Assembly (NCBI GenBank): GCA_020849295.1
Contig: JADLGN010000016.1
Coordinates: 8,099 to 72,098 of the forward strand
Reading direction: 5' to 3'
From: Bacteroidia bacterium
Lineage (GTDB): Bacteria; Bacteroidota; Bacteroidia; NS11-12g; UBA9320
DNA length: 64,000 nt
Made by a program: the position numbers and the translations under genes. This document shows, piece by piece, positions 39,299 through 48,231 of the stretch (the stretch's first letter is position 1; each line of letters starts with the position of its first letter). The notes below the pieces were generated by a model. It was given only the letters and a program-made list of their open reading frames with translations. It was not told the DNA's origin and ran no database searches.

Positions 39299-41647
39299 TT
39301 ATTTGAGCTTTAAAATCATTCTTAAATTTATTCTTCTGCCTGTAAGATAATTTGGTACTCCATAAGTTAGATTATTTATATCTTTTACCCAAATATACGA
39401 TACGGTATTGTTGAATTGCAATAAATTAAATATTTCAAAACTTAACCAAAGTGTTTCTATTCTATTCCATTTTTCTGAGGGTTTGGCATATCCGCCAATT
39501 ATTTCTTTTGAAAATCCTATATCAACTCTACGATATGGAGGTATGGTATTGGGCAATGATGTATATCTGTTTTCGCCATTAAAATAATATGGTAATCGGC
39601 TTCCAAATACAAGTCCAAGGTGCATTTTATAGGTTTTATCAATATTAAGTTCGTCTGCAAACAAGATTGAAAAATTCACTCTTTGGTCTGTAGGTCTTCT
39701 AATATATCCACTTTGTTTTTTTAATCCATCTTTATTTATATATGTAATGTTTTCCTGAGTTTGAAGTAATGAAAAATTTAACCATGATTCTAATCCTGAA
39801 ATAAATTCTCCGTTTATTCTTGTATCTATACCTGTTGAGTAAGCTTTTGAAGCATTTTCGCCATAGTATCGTATTCTTACATTATCTATATAATATGGTA
39901 TAAGATTTTTCATATTTTTATAGTAAATTTCGCTTACAAGTTTAAATGGTCTTTCCCATGCTTTAAAATTTAAATCGTATCCAAAAACAAAATGAGTGCT
40001 TTGCTGTGATTTTATACCTTTATTAATACTGCCATCTAATTTACGCATTTCTCTGTAAAATGGAGATTGAAAATAAATTCCAAAAGAAAATTTTAGCATA
40101 TAATCACGTTTTTTTAATGAATCAAATTGATTGATATTTTTTAATTTTTTCAATAATGTATCATTAAATTTTTTATTTGGTTCAATAGAAATATTAAAAC
40201 GCGGACTTATAATATTTTCATTATTAAAACTCCAGAATTGATGACGGATACCTGCGTTTACTCTGAAATTAATATTTTGTTTGATTAAAATATTATTTTG
40301 AATAAAACTGCTAATTCTAAAACTTGAAACCGAATTAGTAGCTTTAATTCTTTCATCAAGAATTATATTTTCTCCGTTTTTTCTGTTTAATGAAATGTTG
40401 TGTCCGGCTGAGTCATTGTATTTCCATTCATTTATTTTATCATCTATTTTTTCATTTTGATATTTTGAGCCTATAGTCCAGTTTGATTTGTTTTTTTGTT
40501 TATTTAAAATAAAACATCCGTTATAAACGTCAGCTTTTAATTCATTTCTTGCATTATTTATAAAATAACCCACACCCAACATTCTTTTTTCTTTACCTAT
40601 TTTTTCAGAACCGAGATTGTTGTCTAATTCATATAAACCATAAGCGCCTTCAGTAGTGTTTTGCTCATTTTCGTTTGTAGTATAGTGCGAAGCTATTATT
40701 TTAAAATCTGTATTTTTATTTGATTTATATTGAAAAGTTAGCCCATTTAATGCAATGAAATATTTTAATTGTTCTAAACCTCCCATATAAATATTTAATT
40801 TTAAAGCAGTATTTACCGTGCCAAAAGAAGTTTGCCTGTCAGACGGAACAAGCGAAAATTTATTATATGCTAAATTTGAAAGAAGTGAAATACTCCACGA
40901 TTTTGAAAATCTATACCTGATAAATGATTGCAAATCGGCATTCAAAGGACGATAATCACCGCTTATATCAAGTGAGTTGAACAATAATCTGTTACTTCTG
41001 TATCTGGCACCAATAATAAAACTTAATCTCCTGTTTTTGCTTTGATTGCCTATTGTAATATCTGTTCCCATAAAACTTGCTTTTACAGTTGTTTCATATT
41101 TTCGTGGTGTTTTATATTGTATATCTAAAACACTGCTAAGTTTGTCGCCATATTTTGCCTCAAAACCTCCGCTCGAAAAACTAACTCTATCTACCATTTC
41201 AGGGTTTATTACACTAAGTCCTTCTTGCTGACCGGCTCTAATTATAAATGGGCGATATACTTCAATATTGTTTATATACACAAGGTTTTCATCATAGTTT
41301 CCGCCTCTTACATTGTATCCCGAACTAAGTTCATTGTTTGAAGTTGCACCAAAATACTTCAAAAAAGATTCAATCGTACCTGTTACTGACGGAAATCTTT
41401 CAAGTTTTTTCCCTTCTATATTTATTGTACTTATTTGATTGCGGTCTTTTTCGCCATATTTGGTTATTTCCTGTATATCTTTGCTAATGTCTATTTTAAT
41501 ATTTAAAACAAATGTTTCTCCTTTTTTGAGATTTTGTACTGTTTTCTTTTCGCGTTTTTGAAGAAAGCTAAAAAACAAGGTAATTATATGCTCTGATGGA
41601 ACTTTTAATTTATAATAGCCATTATTATCAGAAAAAGTAAAATTCAA
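39299..41647 (-). CDS. TonB-dependent receptor-like outer-membrane protein with an N-terminal carboxypeptidase-regulatory-like domain
   Basis: Plug-domain block GYNVRGGNYDENLVYINNIEVYRP...VDRVSFSSGGFEAKYGDKLSSVLDIQYK and a long beta-barrel. The signal peptide and the start of the CarbopepD_reg domain lie upstream (41648-41800) with no canonical start codon (see findings). Confidence 0.75.
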   Translation of the reverse strand: MNFTFSDNNGYYKLKVPSEHIITLFFSFLQKREKKTVQNLKKGETFVLNIKIDISKDIQEITKYGEKDRNQISTINIEGKKLERFPSVTGTIESFLKYFGATSNNELSSGYNVRGGNYDENLVYINNIEVYRPFIIRAGQQEGLSVINPEMVDRVSFSSGGFEAKYGDKLSSVLDIQYKTPRKYETTVKASFMGTDITIGNQSKNRRLSFIIGARYRSNRLLFNSLDISGDYRPLNADLQSFIRYRFSKSWSISLLSNLAYNKFSLVPSDRQTSFGTVNTALKLNIYMGGLEQLKYFIALNGLTFQYKSNKNTDFKIIASHYTTNENEQNTTEGAYGLYELDNNLGSEKIGKEKRMLGVGYFINNARNELKADVYNGCFILNKQKNKSNWTIGSKYQNEKIDDKINEWKYNDSAGHNISLNRKNGENIILDERIKATNSVSSFRISSFIQNNILIKQNINFRVNAGIRHQFWSFNNENIISPRFNISIEPNKKFNDTLLKKLKNINQFDSLKKRDYMLKFSFGIYFQSPFYREMRKLDGSINKGIKSQQSTHFVFGYDLNFKAWERPFKLVSEIYYKNMKNLIPYYIDNVRIRYYGENASKAYSTGIDTRINGEFISGLESWLNFSLLQTQENITYINKDGLKKQSGYIRRPTDQRVNFSILFADELNIDKTYKMHLGLVFGSRLPYYFNGENRYTSLPNTIPPYRRVDIGFSKEIIGGYAKPSEKWNRIETLWLSFEIFNLLQFNNTVSYIWVKDINNLTYGVPNYLTGRRINLRMILKLK

Positions 41648-41830
41648 TTGATCTGAAGTAAAAACTGAAACATCTGCAATAGCCTTACCGCTGCTGTCAG
41701 TAATATGTCCTGAAATATACGATTGCGAAAATCCCTTAATTGATATAAGAGAAATGCAAATTAATATATAAAACTTAATATTTACGATTTTTTTGAAATG
41801 TTACTTTTCTTAAACCAAAATAATTTTAGT

Positions 41831-42481
41831 TTATTGTTTTTTTAGTAAATTTATAGTTTCTAAAGGGTTTGATGATGCAAAAACGGTATTTCCTGCTACT
41901 AATACATCTGCTCCACCGTTTATTAGTTTTTTGTAATTATCAAAAGTTACGCCTCCATCTATTTCTATCATAGCATTTGAATTTTGAATAGTTATCATTT
42001 CTTTTAATTCGGCTACTTTACTGTAAGTGTTTTCAATAAATTTTTGTCCTCCAAATCCCGGATTTACACTCATTAAACATACCAAATCTATATCTTTAAT
42101 AATATCTTTAAGTAAGTAAATAGGTGTGTGTGGATTTAATGCTACACCAGCTTTCATCCCATTTTCTTTTATTGCAAAAACTGTTCGGTGCAAGTGTGTG
42201 CTCGCCTCAAAGTGTACTGTAAGAATTGAGGCTCCAGCGTTTTTAAATTCTACAATATAATTTTCGGGTTTTACAATCATCAAATGAACGTCAAGGGGTT
42301 TTTGTGCTACTTTGTTAATTGCTTTTACTATTGGCAATCCAAGCGAAATATTTGGTACAAAAACACCATCCATTACATCTACATGTATGTAGTCTGCATT
42401 GCTATTATTTATCATTACAACATCTCGTTCAAGATTTGCAAAATCAGCTGATAATATTGAAGGTGCTATTTTATGTTTCAT
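41831..42481 (-). CDS. rpe: ribulose-phosphate 3-epimerase
   Basis: IAPSILSADF, HVDVMDG.FVPN, MSVNPGFGGQKF and IEIDGG motifs. Confidence 0.95.
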   Translation of the reverse strand: MKHKIAPSILSADFANLERDVVMINNSNADYIHVDVMDGVFVPNISLGLPIVKAINKVAQKPLDVHLMIVKPENYIVEFKNAGASILTVHFEASTHLHRTVFAIKENGMKAGVALNPHTPIYLLKDIIKDIDLVCLMSVNPGFGGQKFIENTYSKVAELKEMITIQNSNAMIEIDGGVTFDNYKKLINGGADVLVAGNTVFASSNPLETINLLKKQ

Positions 42482-42783
42482 TACATTATTTGAATTTCAT
42501 TTACAACTTGTTTGTTAAAATATAAATTTATCTTTTCAATAAGTACAGTTCGATGAAAGATTAATTCATTTTTGAGTGGTGCAGATTCTACATATATTTT
42601 TAATGTTGTACCTTTTAACTGGAGTTTTTTGGTATTTTTTGCTATTATAGTTCCTACAATTTCTCCCCAGTTACTCCAAATTTTAAGTTCATCAATTTTT
42701 CCAGTGAGTCGATAGGTATTCAACAACTCGTTTATTATGCTTTTTATTGGTTTTTCATCACTTGTCATATAATCTGTTTTCAA
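42481..42783 (-). CDS. DUF721 (DciA-like) domain protein
   Basis: About 100 aa, between recF and rpe, with W..IVG..IA..T....L..G.L.I.V.S....EL pattern. The start could be the TTG at 42783 or the ATG at 42768. Confidence 0.65.
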   Translation of the reverse strand: MKTDYMTSDEKPIKSIINELLNTYRLTGKIDELKIWSNWGEIVGTIIAKNTKKLQLKGTTLKIYVESAPLKNELIFHRTVLIEKINLYFNKQVVNEIQIM

Positions 42784-42839
42784 ACCAACAAGTTTTTTTT
42801 TAAATTAACTAAAAAAGTTTTACCAGATAATTTAATAAA

Positions 42840-43916
42840 TCAGAAATTGATAATTTTCTTTTTAACTGTTGAGCTAAAAATCTCATTAATCCTGTCAATA
42901 CTTGTGTCTGTTATAAAGACCTGACCAATTTCTGCATTACTTATTATTTCCTTTAATTTTTCTATTCTGTAATTGTCAATTTTCTCAAAAATATCATCTA
43001 ATAAAAGAATTGGTTTAACTTGTTTTTTTTCTAAAATAAGATTGAACATTGCAAATTTTAAAGAAATAAGAAATGATTTTATCTGTCCTTGTGAGCCTGT
43101 TTTTTTTAAGGGTAAATTATTTATTTCAAAACCCCAATCATCGCGATGTATGCCAAATGTGGTTCGCCCCAAAACTCTGTCTTTTTGCAAACTTTGCAAA
43201 AATCCTGTTTTATAATCTGTCGTTTGTAGCCCGCTTTGATATAAAAACTTAATCATATCATTTCCATCACTAATAAATAAATTTGCTTGTTCAAAATATT
43301 TTTTAAAAAGCTGAGTAAGTTCATTTCTTGATTTGAAAAGATAATTGCCGTGCAATTCAAGTTGATTATTATATATATCTAATAAGTCATTGTCAAAAGT
43401 ATTGTTTTCAATAAAAATTTTCAATTGCTTATTGCGGTTCTCAAGTACTTTGTTGTATTGTACAAGATGATTAAGATACGAGGAGTCAATAATTGAAAAT
43501 AGATAATCAAAAAAAAATCTGCGATGTTCGCTATCTCCGTTAATTATTTCTATATCACCCGGAGCTATCATTACACAAGGAAATTTTCCAAAATATTCTA
43601 TCATTTTTGAAATTGATTTTTCATTGCATTTTATATTTTTTCTTTTCCCCGTTTGGTAAGAAACCATCAATTTTAGTTCATCTGAATTTTTTAAAATATT
43701 TCCTTTAAGTAAAAAATAATTTTCATCCTGCTTAATACATAAGTTATCATTTGAGTTAAAATATGATTTGCCGTTAAGTAGCAGATATATAGCATCAATA
43801 ACATTTGTTTTTCCTGTGCCGTTTTTTCCACAAAAAATATTTAATCCTTCAACCAAATCAAGATTTAGTTGTTCATGACTTTTAAATTGATTTATAGAAA
43901 TGTTTTTTAAAAACAA
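42840..43916 (-). CDS. recF: DNA replication and repair protein RecF
   Basis: Walker A GKNGTGKTNVIDAIY, signature region, and C-terminal LLLDDIFEKID. TTG start at 43914-43916 gives the family-typical (M)FLKNISINQFKSH. Confidence 0.9.
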   Translation of the reverse strand: MFLKNISINQFKSHEQLNLDLVEGLNIFCGKNGTGKTNVIDAIYLLLNGKSYFNSNDNLCIKQDENYFLLKGNILKNSDELKLMVSYQTGKRKNIKCNEKSISKMIEYFGKFPCVMIAPGDIEIINGDSEHRRFFFDYLFSIIDSSYLNHLVQYNKVLENRNKQLKIFIENNTFDNDLLDIYNNQLELHGNYLFKSRNELTQLFKKYFEQANLFISDGNDMIKFLYQSGLQTTDYKTGFLQSLQKDRVLGRTTFGIHRDDWGFEINNLPLKKTGSQGQIKSFLISLKFAMFNLILEKKQVKPILLLDDIFEKIDNYRIEKLKEIISNAEIGQVFITDTSIDRINEIFSSTVKKKIINF

Positions 43917-43926
43917 CGGACTTTTA

Positions 43927-43934
43927 TATTTTTG
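43927..43934 (+). promoter_or_regulatory. candidate -7 element TATTTTTG
   Basis: Exact TAnnTTTG match, 21 nt before the pdhA ATG, within the 38-bp recF/pdhA divergent spacer. Confidence 0.35.
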
Positions 43935-43954
43935 CGGCTTGCATTAAAAAAATA

Positions 43955-44947
43955 ATGGCAAAATTAAGTTTTAATAAAGAAATTTATTTAAATTGGTTTG
44001 AGCAAATGACTTTGATGAGAAAATTCGAAGAAAAGACAGCTCAACTATACGGACTTCAGAAAATAAGAGGTTTTTGCCATTTATATATTGGTCAGGAAGC
44101 AGTAATTAGCGGAACAATGAGTGCCTTACAAAAAGGCGATAAAATAATTACTGCATATCGCGACCATGCTCATGCCTTAGCTTGCGGAATGAGCGCAAAC
44201 GAGGTAATGGCAGAACTTTTTGGTAAAATTACCGGATGCAGCAAAGGTAAAGGAGGAAGTATGCACATGTTCAGCAAAGTTCATAATTTTTTTGGGGGGC
44301 ATGGTATAGTTGGCGGTCAAATTCCGCTTGGTGCTGGTATTGCATTTGCCGAAAAATATAAAGAAACAAAAAATCTTTGTGTTTGCTATTTTGGTGATGG
44401 GGCAGCCAGACAGGGAGCATTGTACGAAACTTTTAATATGGCGATGCTATGGAAACTTCCTGTAATTTTTGTTTGCGAAAACAACGAATATGCAATGGGA
44501 ACATCTGTTGAGCGATCAACCAATGTAATTGATATTTACAAAATAGGAACTGCGTTTGATATGCCTACATCACAAGTTGACGGAATGAATTGCGAAACAG
44601 TTCACACAGCAATAAGCGAAGCTGCCAAGAGAGCTAGAAATGGTGAAGGACCTACTTTTTTAGAAATAAAAACTTACAGATATAGAGGTCATAGTATGAG
44701 CGACCCTGCAAAGTATAGAACCAAAGAAGAACTTGAAGAATACAAACAACAAGACCCAATTGAAAAAATAAGAAAGGTTTTAATTGATAAAGGATGGTCA
44801 ACAGAAGAAGATTTAGAAAAAATAGAAATTGAAGTTGAAAAAATTGTTACCGAATCTGTAGAATTTGCTGAAAATTCTCCTTTCCCTGAAATTGAAGAAC
44901 TTTACAAAGACGTATATAAAGAAGAATATCCATTTATTATAGAATAA
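43955..44947 (+). CDS. pdhA: pyruvate dehydrogenase (acetyl-transferring) E1 component subunit alpha
   Basis: RGFCHLYIGQEA, YRDH, the GDGA..QG thiamine-diphosphate motif, and YRYRGHSMSDP. Confidence 0.9.
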   Translation: MAKLSFNKEIYLNWFEQMTLMRKFEEKTAQLYGLQKIRGFCHLYIGQEAVISGTMSALQKGDKIITAYRDHAHALACGMSANEVMAELFGKITGCSKGKGGSMHMFSKVHNFFGGHGIVGGQIPLGAGIAFAEKYKETKNLCVCYFGDGAARQGALYETFNMAMLWKLPVIFVCENNEYAMGTSVERSTNVIDIYKIGTAFDMPTSQVDGMNCETVHTAISEAAKRARNGEGPTFLEIKTYRYRGHSMSDPAKYRTKEELEEYKQQDPIEKIRKVLIDKGWSTEEDLEKIEIEVEKIVTESVEFAENSPFPEIEELYKDVYKEEYPFIIE

Positions 44948-44953
44948 TTTAAA

Positions 44954-45643
44954 ATGACAACAGAAAACAACAATCCAAACTGGCTTAAATCATTAAAAAT
45001 TGAAGAAGCAACAAAATGGTACGAAAACAACCGAAAAAATGCCAATATCGGTTTAATTGTACTTATTGCAATAATTGCAGGTGTTATTTATTACTTTAAA
45101 TATTATTTGCCTGGACAGGAAAAAGAAGCTTCGGCTCAACTTTTTATGGCAGAAAGATATTTTGAAAAAGACTCAATGGACAAAGTATTGAAAGGAGATG
45201 GCAAGTATTCATCTGCACCCGATGTGGCTGATGAATATGGAAGTACTAAAGCCGGTAATCTTGCAAAATACTATGCAGGAAGAGCATATATGAGCAAAAA
45301 CGAATTTAATAAAGCACTTGAATATCTTGAAAAAGCAAGTTTTACAGACGAAATAATGTCATCAATGATAATTGGCTTAAGAGCAGATTGCTATTCAGAA
45401 TTAGGAGACATTGCAAAAGCTGCTGATACATATATGCAGGCTGCCCAAAAAAGAGAAAATCTTTATACTTCACCTATGTACTTGATGAAAGCAGGATTGC
45501 ATTATGAAGAAGTGAAAAAATGGGAAGAAGCTGTAAAAGCTTATACAATGATAAAAGATAAATATAAAGAGTCAAGGCAAGCACAATTATCAATGAAATA
45601 TATAGCCCGTGCTATGGCTCATCTTGGAAAAACTCCCGAGTAA
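44954..45643 (+). CDS. tetratricopeptide-repeat membrane-anchored protein (YfgM-like)
   Basis: One TM helix, then TPR-like helices (AKYYAGRAYMSKNEFNKALEYLEKA). Conserved position upstream of ribH. Confidence 0.6.
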   Translation: MTTENNNPNWLKSLKIEEATKWYENNRKNANIGLIVLIAIIAGVIYYFKYYLPGQEKEASAQLFMAERYFEKDSMDKVLKGDGKYSSAPDVADEYGSTKAGNLAKYYAGRAYMSKNEFNKALEYLEKASFTDEIMSSMIIGLRADCYSELGDIAKAADTYMQAAQKRENLYTSPMYLMKAGLHYEEVKKWEEAVKAYTMIKDKYKESRQAQLSMKYIARAMAHLGKTPE

Positions 45644-45645
45644 TA

Positions 45646-46116
45646 ATGTCATCAGTTGGCAAAATATTAACCCACGATTTGTCTTCATTGCCTGATGGTA
45701 AAAATTACAGGATAGGAATTGTTTGCTCTGAGTGGAATTATGAAATTACTTCTGCTATGTGCAAAGGAGTTATTGAAACTTTGCAAAAAACAGGTGTAAA
45801 AATTAAAAATATTATTGTTTGCAATGTGCCAGGTGCATTTGAACTACCACTTGCAGCTCAAAAAATTGCCAAACATGCCGAAATAGATGGTGTAATTTGC
45901 ATAGGTTGTGTAATTAGAGGCGAAACTTCACATTACGATTATATATGCAATTCTGCTGCAATGGGAATTATGCAGGTAGGATTAAATCTTAACAAACCTA
46001 TTGTATTTGGAGTTCTTACTACCGAAAATTTACAACAAGCTATTGACAGAGCAGGCGGTAAATATGGCAATAAAGGCGAAGAGGCTGCTTACAGCTTGCT
46101 TAAAATGTTAGCCTGA
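45646..46116 (+). CDS. ribH: 6,7-dimethyl-8-ribityllumazine synthase
   Basis: VPGAFELPLAAQ, GCVIRGETSHYDY and FGVLT motifs. 156 aa. Confidence 0.95.
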   Translation: MSSVGKILTHDLSSLPDGKNYRIGIVCSEWNYEITSAMCKGVIETLQKTGVKIKNIIVCNVPGAFELPLAAQKIAKHAEIDGVICIGCVIRGETSHYDYICNSAAMGIMQVGLNLNKPIVFGVLTTENLQQAIDRAGGKYGNKGEEAAYSLLKMLA

Positions 46117-46132
46117 TTTCATTTTTTTTTTA

Positions 46133-47122
46133 ATGCTTCTTATTAACAATAATTTGGTAGAACCTTATTTTAATCAGGCTCTCGAAGAATATTTATTGAA
46201 TAATTTTGACAATGATATTATTTTGATTTGGCAAAACCACAATGCAGTTGTAATTGGAAAACATCAAAACACACTTGCCGAAATAAACTATTCTTATGTA
46301 AAATCAAATGACATTAAAGTTGTGAGAAGACTTTCGGGAGGTGGAACTGTTTTTCATGATTCAGGAAATATAAATTTTACTTTTATTAAAAAATATGAAA
46401 ATCAAAATCCTGGAATTGATTTTAAAAAATTTATAAATCCTGTAATTGCTTTTTTAGCTCAAATAGGTATTTATGCCGAGTTTTCTGGTAGGAACGATAT
46501 ATTGATTGAAGGGAAAAAAGTATCAGGAAATGCTGAACATGTTTTTCACAGACAGAAAAAAATTTTACATCATGGAACATTATTGTTTAGTTCTAATCTG
46601 CAAAATTTGAAATTTGCTTTAAGTGAAAATTCAAGTAATTATACTGATAAAGCCGTGAAATCAGTAAAAAGTAAGGTGGCAAACATATCAAGTTTTCTTA
46701 ATGAAAAAATTTCAGTAAGTGAGTTTAAAATGCAGGTTTTTAATTTTTTTATAAAAGAAAACTACAACGGGATAGAGTATAAACTAAATTTATATGATAT
46801 TGAAAAAATCGAGAAAATTGCAGAAGAAAAATACAAAAATTGGCAATGGAATTACGGATATTCTCCTAAATACTCTTTTGAGAAAGAAACTATATTAAAT
46901 AACAAACAATTTAAAATAAAACTTAATACCGACAAAGGGATTATTATAAGTGCTGAATGTTTTAGCGAATTTTTATCTAAAAGTGAAATTGAAATTATTG
47001 AAAATTTGCTAATCGGAACTAAGCATGATTGCGATTCAATATCAATGAAAATATGGAATAGTAAATTTCTGCCAAGTTTGATAAATATTAGCGAAAAAGA
47101 AATTTTAGAATCTTTCTTTTAA
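46133..47122 (+). CDS. lplA: lipoate--protein ligase
   Basis: VVRRLSGGGTVFHDSGNINFTFI, GKKVSGNAEH and HHGTLLF blocks. 329 aa. Confidence 0.85.
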   Translation: MLLINNNLVEPYFNQALEEYLLNNFDNDIILIWQNHNAVVIGKHQNTLAEINYSYVKSNDIKVVRRLSGGGTVFHDSGNINFTFIKKYENQNPGIDFKKFINPVIAFLAQIGIYAEFSGRNDILIEGKKVSGNAEHVFHRQKKILHHGTLLFSSNLQNLKFALSENSSNYTDKAVKSVKSKVANISSFLNEKISVSEFKMQVFNFFIKENYNGIEYKLNLYDIEKIEKIAEEKYKNWQWNYGYSPKYSFEKETILNNKQFKIKLNTDKGIIISAECFSEFLSKSEIEIIENLLIGTKHDCDSISMKIWNSKFLPSLINISEKEILESFF

Positions 47123-47143
47123 ATTGAATTAATATTTCAATAA

Positions 47144-47770
47144 ATGAAAACAAATAATACTAAGAAAAAAATAAATCATATTGTTCATATTCTTGAAGAC
47201 TTATTTCCTGAACCGCCAATTCCTTTGGTTCATAGTGATTCATATACTTTACTTATTTCTGTATTGCTTTCGGCACAATGTACTGATGAGCGAGTGAACC
47301 ACGTAACTCCTGCATTGTTTAAAAAAGCCCCAAACCCCTATGAAATGGTAAAACTGAGTGTAGAAGAAATAAAAGAAATTATAAAAATTTGTGGACTTTC
47401 AAACGCAAAGTCCAATGCTATCTACAATCTCAGCAGAATTTTAATTGAAAAGTATAACGGAAAAGTCCCACATACATTTGAAGAGCTTGAAAAACTTCCT
47501 GGAGTAGGTCACAAAACTGCATCTGTAGTTATGAGCCAAGCTTTTGGTGTACCAGCTTTTCCTGTTGATACACATATTCATAGACTTGCTGAACGCTGGG
47601 GGCTAAGCTCAGGTAAAAATGTAGTTCAAACTGAAAGCGACCTAAAAAATTTATTCCCAAAGAAAAAATGGAATACTTTGCATTTACAAATAATTTACTA
47701 TGGTCGTAAGTATTGTCCTGCAAGAGGACATATAAAAGAAAATTGCCCGATATGTAGTATTTACGGTTAA
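47144..47770 (+). CDS. nth: endonuclease III
   Basis: HhH-GPD (LPGVGHKTASVVM), VDTHIHR, and a C-terminal Cys cluster C..A.......CP.C for the 4Fe-4S centre. Confidence 0.9.
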   Translation: MKTNNTKKKINHIVHILEDLFPEPPIPLVHSDSYTLLISVLLSAQCTDERVNHVTPALFKKAPNPYEMVKLSVEEIKEIIKICGLSNAKSNAIYNLSRILIEKYNGKVPHTFEELEKLPGVGHKTASVVMSQAFGVPAFPVDTHIHRLAERWGLSSGKNVVQTESDLKNLFPKKKWNTLHLQIIYYGRKYCPARGHIKENCPICSIYG

Positions 47771-47823
47771 ATTTTATTATACATATATTTTAGAATTATT
47801 AATTCAAGTTTTGTGTATTTTTC

Positions 47824-48174
47824 TTAGTTTTCTAATACAAACTCAGGATAAAAACTACCGGTACCGGTAGGGTTTTCTTTAGAAATTTTTAAAGTCCATT
47901 TGTCAACCTGAGGAAATTCTGTAATTAGCACTTTAATTATGTTTAATGCAACATTTTCTATTATATTTTCTCTTTTTTCAAATTCTCTCTTTACAGATTC
48001 GTAAAGGTTTTCATAATCTATTGTTTCATTCAAAGACTTGATTTGAGATAGAAAATTATTTTTTAATGTAGCTTTAATGTTTATTATAAAATAATTTCCA
48101 ATTTGCAATTCTTCGCTATGCGAACCATGAAAACCATATAGTTTTATATTATTGAATAAAAGTGTTCCTCTCAT
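47824..48174 (-). CDS. folB: dihydroneopterin aldolase
   Basis: 116 aa. YGFHGSHSEE..IGN.F.I and DYENLY blocks. Confidence 0.8.
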   Translation of the reverse strand: MRGTLLFNNIKLYGFHGSHSEELQIGNYFIINIKATLKNNFLSQIKSLNETIDYENLYESVKREFEKRENIIENVALNIIKVLITEFPQVDKWTLKISKENPTGTGSFYPEFVLEN

Positions 48175-48211
48175 TTTTTTAAAATCTTATTTTGCTTGCA
48201 AATTAAAGTTT

Positions 48212-48219
48212 TATTTTTG
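48212..48219 (+). promoter_or_regulatory. candidate -7 element TATTTTTG, with an upstream TTTG at 48191-48194
   Basis: Exact TAnnTTTG match 13 nt before the ATG at 48232. A TTTG lies 17 nt upstream and could be the -33 element. Confidence 0.4.
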
Positions 48220-48231
48220 CCATATTAAATT

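Noticed and set aside
45560-45646. Looked for riboswitches or leaders upstream of ribH (FMN), fhs/folC/folB (THF) and the TonB-dependent receptor (cobalamin).
   Set aside because: These genes have either no upstream spacer (ribH starts 3 nt after the TPR gene; the TBDR spacer is under 30 nt) or short, unstructured AT-rich spacers. There are no conserved riboswitch cores.
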